Shown here: in pieces, positions 59,802-64,000 of the stretch
Position numbering within the stretch: the stretch's first letter is position 1
How the letters are laid out: each line of letters opens with the position of its first letter
Source: an uncultured bacterium
GTDB lineage: Bacteria; Chloroflexota; UBA5177; JANWHV01
NCBI GenBank assembly: GCA_963827235.1
Contig: CAWHAE010000019.1
Span: 1-64,000, forward strand
Reading direction: 5' to 3'
Length of the DNA: 64,000 bases
Translations under genes and position numbers: made by a program
The notes under the pieces: generated by a model
What the model was told of the DNA's origin: nothing
Databases searched by the model: none
Seen by the model: only the letters and a program-made list of their open reading frames with translations

Positions 59802-59831
59802 TTGACTAATTTTATTTAGTCAACATACACT
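59802..59831 (+). promoter_or_regulatory. operator palindrome overlapping the carH promoter
   Basis: TTGACTAA-TTTTAT-TTAGTCAA (59802-59823); TTGACT-18 bp-TACACT promoter. Confidence 0.8.
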
Positions 59832-59833
59832 GG

Positions 59834-60796
59834 TTGGTGGGGAGTATGCTCGGGGCTCCTTGCGAGCAGCGAGCGAATGAGAAGATGGACAGCGAACAAG
59901 ACAATGCTCAGAGCAGTTCCACCGTGTTCCCGATCGGGGCGGTCGCGCGCCTCACGGGAGTGCCTGAGATGACCCTGCGGAACTGGGAGAAGCGCTATGG
60001 TGCGCCCCAGCCCAGCCACGTAGGACCGGGTGGCCGGCGTCTGTACTCCGGCGATGACATTGCCCTGGTCCGCTATCTCGCCCAGCTTGTAGCGAGCGGC
60101 ACGCCGATTCGCAGGGCGGTAGCCATGGCCATGAACAATCAGCAGGACCCCTTCCGCCTGGTACAGTCTCTGCTCATCGCCGCGCAGGCGTTGGATGCGG
60201 GCGGCATAGGGCGGAGCCTCGCCGCGGCGACCGCGGCGCTCCCTCCGGCCGAGGCCTGGTCCCGCGTGCTCGCGCCGGTTCTGCGCGGGCTGGGCGATCT
60301 CTGGGAGGCCGGTGAGGAGATCATTGCCGCGGAACACCTGGTCAGCAGCGCCATCGCAGCGTGGCTGCGGCCGGTGATCGCGGGCGTGCCGAGCGGTGCG
60401 GAGATACCGGCGGCTGCAGCTTGCGGACCGGGTGAGCAGCATGAGCTGGGCACAATGGCCCTGGTGGCGCTGGCGTCGATACGCGGCACGCCGATAGTCT
60501 ACCTTGGCGCCAATACGCCTCAGGCAGCTCTGGACGACGAGCGGCGCCGCATGGGCCTGCGCGTACTCTGCATCACTGCCACCCAGCCGGACACGGCCGA
60601 TCGCGTCGTCGATGTCATTGAGATCCTTGCCAGTCATCCGGTTGAGACGGCTCTGGCCTATGGGGGACCGGGATTCGAGGGGCGCAGGGACGTACACGAG
60701 CGTCTGGCGGGACTCGCCGTCTATCTCGGCGTGACGATCGACGATGCGATCGCGCGCATCGAGGAGTTGTGTGCCCAGGCGGAAGGCCTTGCCTGA
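59834..60796 (+). CDS. carH: MerR-family AdoB12-dependent photoreceptor/repressor (CarH/LitR)
   Basis: MerR HTH (IGAVARLTGV...LRNWEKRYG..RRLYS), W-x9-EH (WEAGEEIIAAEH), ExHxxG (EQHELG), YLGANTP; real start probably downstream of 59834. Confidence 0.88.
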   Translation: MVGSMLGAPCEQRANEKMDSEQDNAQSSSTVFPIGAVARLTGVPEMTLRNWEKRYGAPQPSHVGPGGRRLYSGDDIALVRYLAQLVASGTPIRRAVAMAMNNQQDPFRLVQSLLIAAQALDAGGIGRSLAAATAALPPAEAWSRVLAPVLRGLGDLWEAGEEIIAAEHLVSSAIAAWLRPVIAGVPSGAEIPAAAACGPGEQHELGTMALVALASIRGTPIVYLGANTPQAALDDERRRMGLRVLCITATQPDTADRVVDVIEILASHPVETALAYGGPGFEGRRDVHERLAGLAVYLGVTIDDAIARIEELCAQAEGLA

Positions 60797-60890
60797 AGCT
60801 CTGGGCTAGCCCTAAGCGTCACGTTGCACAACGAGGAATACTGGCAACGGTTATGGCCACTGCGGCGGCAGAAATGGAGTTGGCGTCGAC

Positions 60891-61862
60891 ATGAATGGGA
60901 TTGGATATCACGAACGGATGCTGGCACATGCCGACGCGCATTGCGCACGCATCATTGCTGGGAAAGCACGCACCTTCTCGCTTGCCTCGCGCTTCCTCCC
61001 AGCTGAGAGACGCCGCGATGTGTATGCGCTGTACGCGTTTTGCCGCACTATCGACGACATTGCCGACGTCCCGGGAGACGGCGCGTCGTTCGCCTCTATA
61101 CGGCTCAAGCTGGACGGTTGGCGAGCCTGGCTGCAGACGGGAGCGCCGTTTGAAGACGATCCCGTTCGGTACGCGCTGGCACACGTCGTGCGCAGATGCG
61201 CGCTGCCACTGTGGCCGCTTCTGGAGCTGCTTGACGGAGTGTACGACGACGTCGAGCCCCGCCATCTCCCCGATCTGCCCTCCCTTGACCACTACTGTTA
61301 TCGCGTCGCCGGCACAGTCGGCATCGCCATGGCCACCTTGCTGGGTGCCCAAGATGCAGCCGCCCTCGGCCCGGCGCGAGATCTCGGCATGGCCATGCAG
61401 CTCACCAACATCGTACGCGACGTCGGTGAAGATCTCGCGCGGGGTCGCATCTATGTCCCCGCGGAGGCCATGGCTCGGTGTGGCTATGGGCAAGCCGATC
61501 TTGAGCGCGGCATCATCGACGAGCGATTCGTGGCCCTGCTTGAGCCACTCGTGCGGCGTGCTCGCGACTACTACCGCATCGGTTTGGCGGGGCTTCACTA
61601 TCTGCCACGCGACAGCCGGCTGCCGATCGCGATTGCCGCGCACGCTTACGCTGGGATTCTCACCAAGGTCGAGCGGGCCGGCTTCGACGTGCTGACGCAG
61701 CGGGTGCATACCGGGCGGCGCGAGAAGCTGGTCATAGTGACGCGGGTCGCCATGAAGCACCTCGCCACGCAGGGGTTTGCCCACAACGAGGACGAGTGGC
61801 ACGACATTGGGCGTAGCCCCTACGACCGGCCAGGAGAACCGAATTGGAAGATGTCTCTCTAG
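60891..61862 (+). CDS. crtB: phytoene synthase
   Basis: TFSLAS, LYAFCRTIDDIAD, YCYRVAGTVG, LGMAMQLTNIVRDVGED..RGRIY. Confidence 0.95.
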   Translation: MNGIGYHERMLAHADAHCARIIAGKARTFSLASRFLPAERRRDVYALYAFCRTIDDIADVPGDGASFASIRLKLDGWRAWLQTGAPFEDDPVRYALAHVVRRCALPLWPLLELLDGVYDDVEPRHLPDLPSLDHYCYRVAGTVGIAMATLLGAQDAAALGPARDLGMAMQLTNIVRDVGEDLARGRIYVPAEAMARCGYGQADLERGIIDERFVALLEPLVRRARDYYRIGLAGLHYLPRDSRLPIAIAAHAYAGILTKVERAGFDVLTQRVHTGRREKLVIVTRVAMKHLATQGFAHNEDEWHDIGRSPYDRPGEPNWKMSL

Positions 61863-63316
61863 TGCTTGTCAGCGGCGCCACGGGGTACATCGGCGGCCGG
61901 TTGGTGCCCCGGCTCCTGGCAGCCGGCCATGGCGTGCGCGTCCTCGCGCGCGAGCCTGCTCGCTTGCAGGGCCGTGCATGGCGCACGCTCGTGGAGATTG
62001 CTCAGGGCGATGTGCTCGACCCCACCACGTTGCCCGCCGCACTGGCAGATGTTCACACGGCGTACTACCTGATCCACAGCATGATGGGAGGGGCGGACTT
62101 CCATGCGAAAGACCTCAGAGCTGCCCGCAACTTCGGGCGTGCTGCCCGGGCTGCCGGCGTGCAGCGGATGATCTATCTTGGCGGGCTGGGAGATCCTGAC
62201 AGTAATCTCTCCGCGCACTTACGCTCCCGCCAACAGGTTGGTGATGCCCTCCGAGAGAGCGGCATCCCCATCACCGAGTTTCGAGCCGCTGTGATCGTCG
62301 GGTCCGAGAGCGTCTCGTTCAGGATGATCCGCACGCTCACGGATCGCCTGTCGATCATGATCTGCCCTCGCTGGGTGTTCAGCCGGGTCCAGCCTATCGC
62401 CATCGATGATGTGCTGCGCTACCTGATTGCCGCGCTGAGCACGCCCGAGAGCGTCGGCAGCGTCGTCGAGATTGGTGGAACGGATGTACTGACCTACGGG
62501 GAGATGATGCTCGCGTACGCGCGCGTCCGTGGTCTCCGTCGAATTCTCGTCGCAGTGCCATTCTTGACGCCGCGCCTCTCCTCCTATTGGGTGCATTGGG
62601 TCACGCCGATTCCGGCCAGCATAGCGCGACCGCTGATCGAAGGGCTGCGCAACGAAGTGATCGTGCGGGCGGACAGCGCGCGCTCGCTCTTCCCCCAAAT
62701 CCAGCCCATGGGTTATCGCGCAGCCGTGAAGCTCGCATGCGGCCAGACCGAGACGGACAATGTAGAGACAACTTGGAGCGATGCGCTGGCCTCCAGCCCG
62801 CAAGGCGAAGCTCCTGCTAAATTGAGGCCGGACAAACGCCTGCTCATCGACCGGCGAGAGCTGGTGGTGCATGCCCCTGCCACGTTGGTGTGCCGGGAGT
62901 TCATGCGGCTGGGAGGTGCACATGGCTGGCTCTACGCCAACCGGCTGTGGCAACTGCGCGGCATGATGGACCGCGTACTGGGAGGCGTGGGGTTGCGCCG
63001 AGGTCGCCGCCACGCTGACAGGGTCTACGAGGGCGATGCCGTCGATTTCTGGCGCGTGGAAGCGATGGAACCCGAACATCTGCTCCGCCTGCGAGCGGAG
63101 ATGAAGGTGCCGGGCCGGGCCTGGCTGCAGTTCGAAGTCACTTCCCGCGGCACAGTCGAGTCGGTACTGACACAGACTGCCTCCTTCGCTCCAGCTGGTG
63201 TGCCAGGGCTTCTGTACTGGTACGCACTCCATCCCATACATCAGCGAATCTTCAGCGGGATGGCTCATGCGCTTGCTCGAGGGGACGAAGCAGCGGCGCT
63301 GGGCGCAAGGGTCTAG
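61844..63316 (+). CDS. atypical SDR NAD(P)-binding protein with DUF2867 C-terminal domain (YbjT-like)
   Basis: GATGYIGG, YYLIHSM, HLRSR, QPIAIDDV, GG..GW, DFWRVE, AEMKVPG.AWL, GLLYWY. Confidence 0.9.
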   Translation: MEDVSLVLVSGATGYIGGRLVPRLLAAGHGVRVLAREPARLQGRAWRTLVEIAQGDVLDPTTLPAALADVHTAYYLIHSMMGGADFHAKDLRAARNFGRAARAAGVQRMIYLGGLGDPDSNLSAHLRSRQQVGDALRESGIPITEFRAAVIVGSESVSFRMIRTLTDRLSIMICPRWVFSRVQPIAIDDVLRYLIAALSTPESVGSVVEIGGTDVLTYGEMMLAYARVRGLRRILVAVPFLTPRLSSYWVHWVTPIPASIARPLIEGLRNEVIVRADSARSLFPQIQPMGYRAAVKLACGQTETDNVETTWSDALASSPQGEAPAKLRPDKRLLIDRRELVVHAPATLVCREFMRLGGAHGWLYANRLWQLRGMMDRVLGGVGLRRGRRHADRVYEGDAVDFWRVEAMEPEHLLRLRAEMKVPGRAWLQFEVTSRGTVESVLTQTASFAPAGVPGLLYWYALHPIHQRIFSGMAHALARGDEAAALGARV

Positions 63317-63392
63317 CTGCCAGTCGGTGTGGTAGTCAAGCCGCGCCTGTGCCGGGTGTGAAGCACGGCTCTACCGGAGAGGACAACTCCCT

Positions 63393-64000
63393 TTGATCAA
63401 ACGAGCGATTGCCCTGTGGCAAGACGCGTCGCCTGAGTTGCGCCGGCGACTTGTCACGATATACTCCCTCCTCGTCGTGTGCAACGTCGGTGCATGGCTC
63501 ATCCTCGTCGGTGAAGCGCAACGGTATCCGACGCTGCTGGGCTTGGCGACGCTCGCCTACGGCTTCGGGTTGCGGCATGCGGTGGACCCCGATCACATCG
63601 CGGCAATTGACAACGTCACGCGGAAGCTGATGCAGGACGGCAAACGGCCGGTGGGCGTAGGCTTCTTCTTTTCCTTGGGCCACTCCACCGTAGTGTTCTT
63701 CCTGTCGGTCCTGGTCGCGATTTCAGCGAAACTCGTGCAGAGTCACCTGGATAACTGGAAAAGCGTTGGCAGTCAGATCGGGACGTGGGTCTCTGGGAGC
63801 TTCCTGATCGTCATCGCGATCATCAATCTGCTCGTCCTCCAGGACATCTATCGCACCTGGCGCAGAGTCGTGCGCGGCGGCACCTACGATGAGGAGACTC
63901 TGGAGGACTATCTCCAAAATCGTGGACTGCTGGCCCGTCTCTTCAAGCCGCTGCTCAAGGTGGTCCGGAGCAGTTGGAATATGTACGCCATCGGCCTGCT
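63393..64000 (+). CDS. HoxN/HupN/NixA (NiCoT) nickel/cobalt permease, truncated by window end
   Basis: Not in the ORF track. From TTG 63393 (SD GGAGAGG) it reads YGFGLRHAVDPDHIAAIDNVTRKL..VGFFFSLGHSTVV. Confidence 0.92.
   Translation, partial: MIKRAIALWQDASPELRRRLVTIYSLLVVCNVGAWLILVGEAQRYPTLLGLATLAYGFGLRHAVDPDHIAAIDNVTRKLMQDGKRPVGVGFFFSLGHSTVVFFLSVLVAISAKLVQSHLDNWKSVGSQIGTWVSGSFLIVIAIINLLVLQDIYRTWRRVVRGGTYDEETLEDYLQNRGLLARLFKPLLKVVRSSWNMYAIGL

Overview
GC-rich bacterial window, probably from a monoderm organism such as a Chloroflexota member (inferred from gene content only). It has three blocks. (1) ~0.5-31.5 kb: a Wzx/Wzy-type exopolysaccharide locus in mixed orientation. It contains a priming sugar transferase, five GT4 and one GT2 glycosyltransferases, a flippase, a polymerase/ligase, a Wzc tyrosine autokinase and many tailoring enzymes (adenylate-forming ligase + AsnB + NadE-like module, WbiB-like epimerase, radical SAM, two methyltransferases, LbH acetyltransferase). 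A secreted CBM/glycoside-hydrolase-like protein lies directly behind a c-di-GMP-I riboswitch whose P1 helix pairs with the Shine-Dalgarno sequence. (2) ~32-48 kb: five sensor histidine kinases and a GGDEF-EAL protein with no intact response regulator, plus decayed relics (receiver domain, ferredoxin-like motif, transposase-like gene). (3) ~48-64 kb: a carotenoid region with an AdoB12-type CarH/LitR regulator (crtI, heterodimeric lycopene cyclase, methyltransferase, fused glycosyl/acyltransferase, Mo oxidoreductase, crtB, MMPL, DUF4397, NiCoT). The same 22-bp palindrome TTGACTAA-N6-TTAGTCAA occurs at two promoters, and there is an unusual peptidase-S51/CysRS C-terminal domain fusion. No rRNA, tRNA or CRISPR array was recognised. 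All calls come from motif reading by eye; no searches were run.
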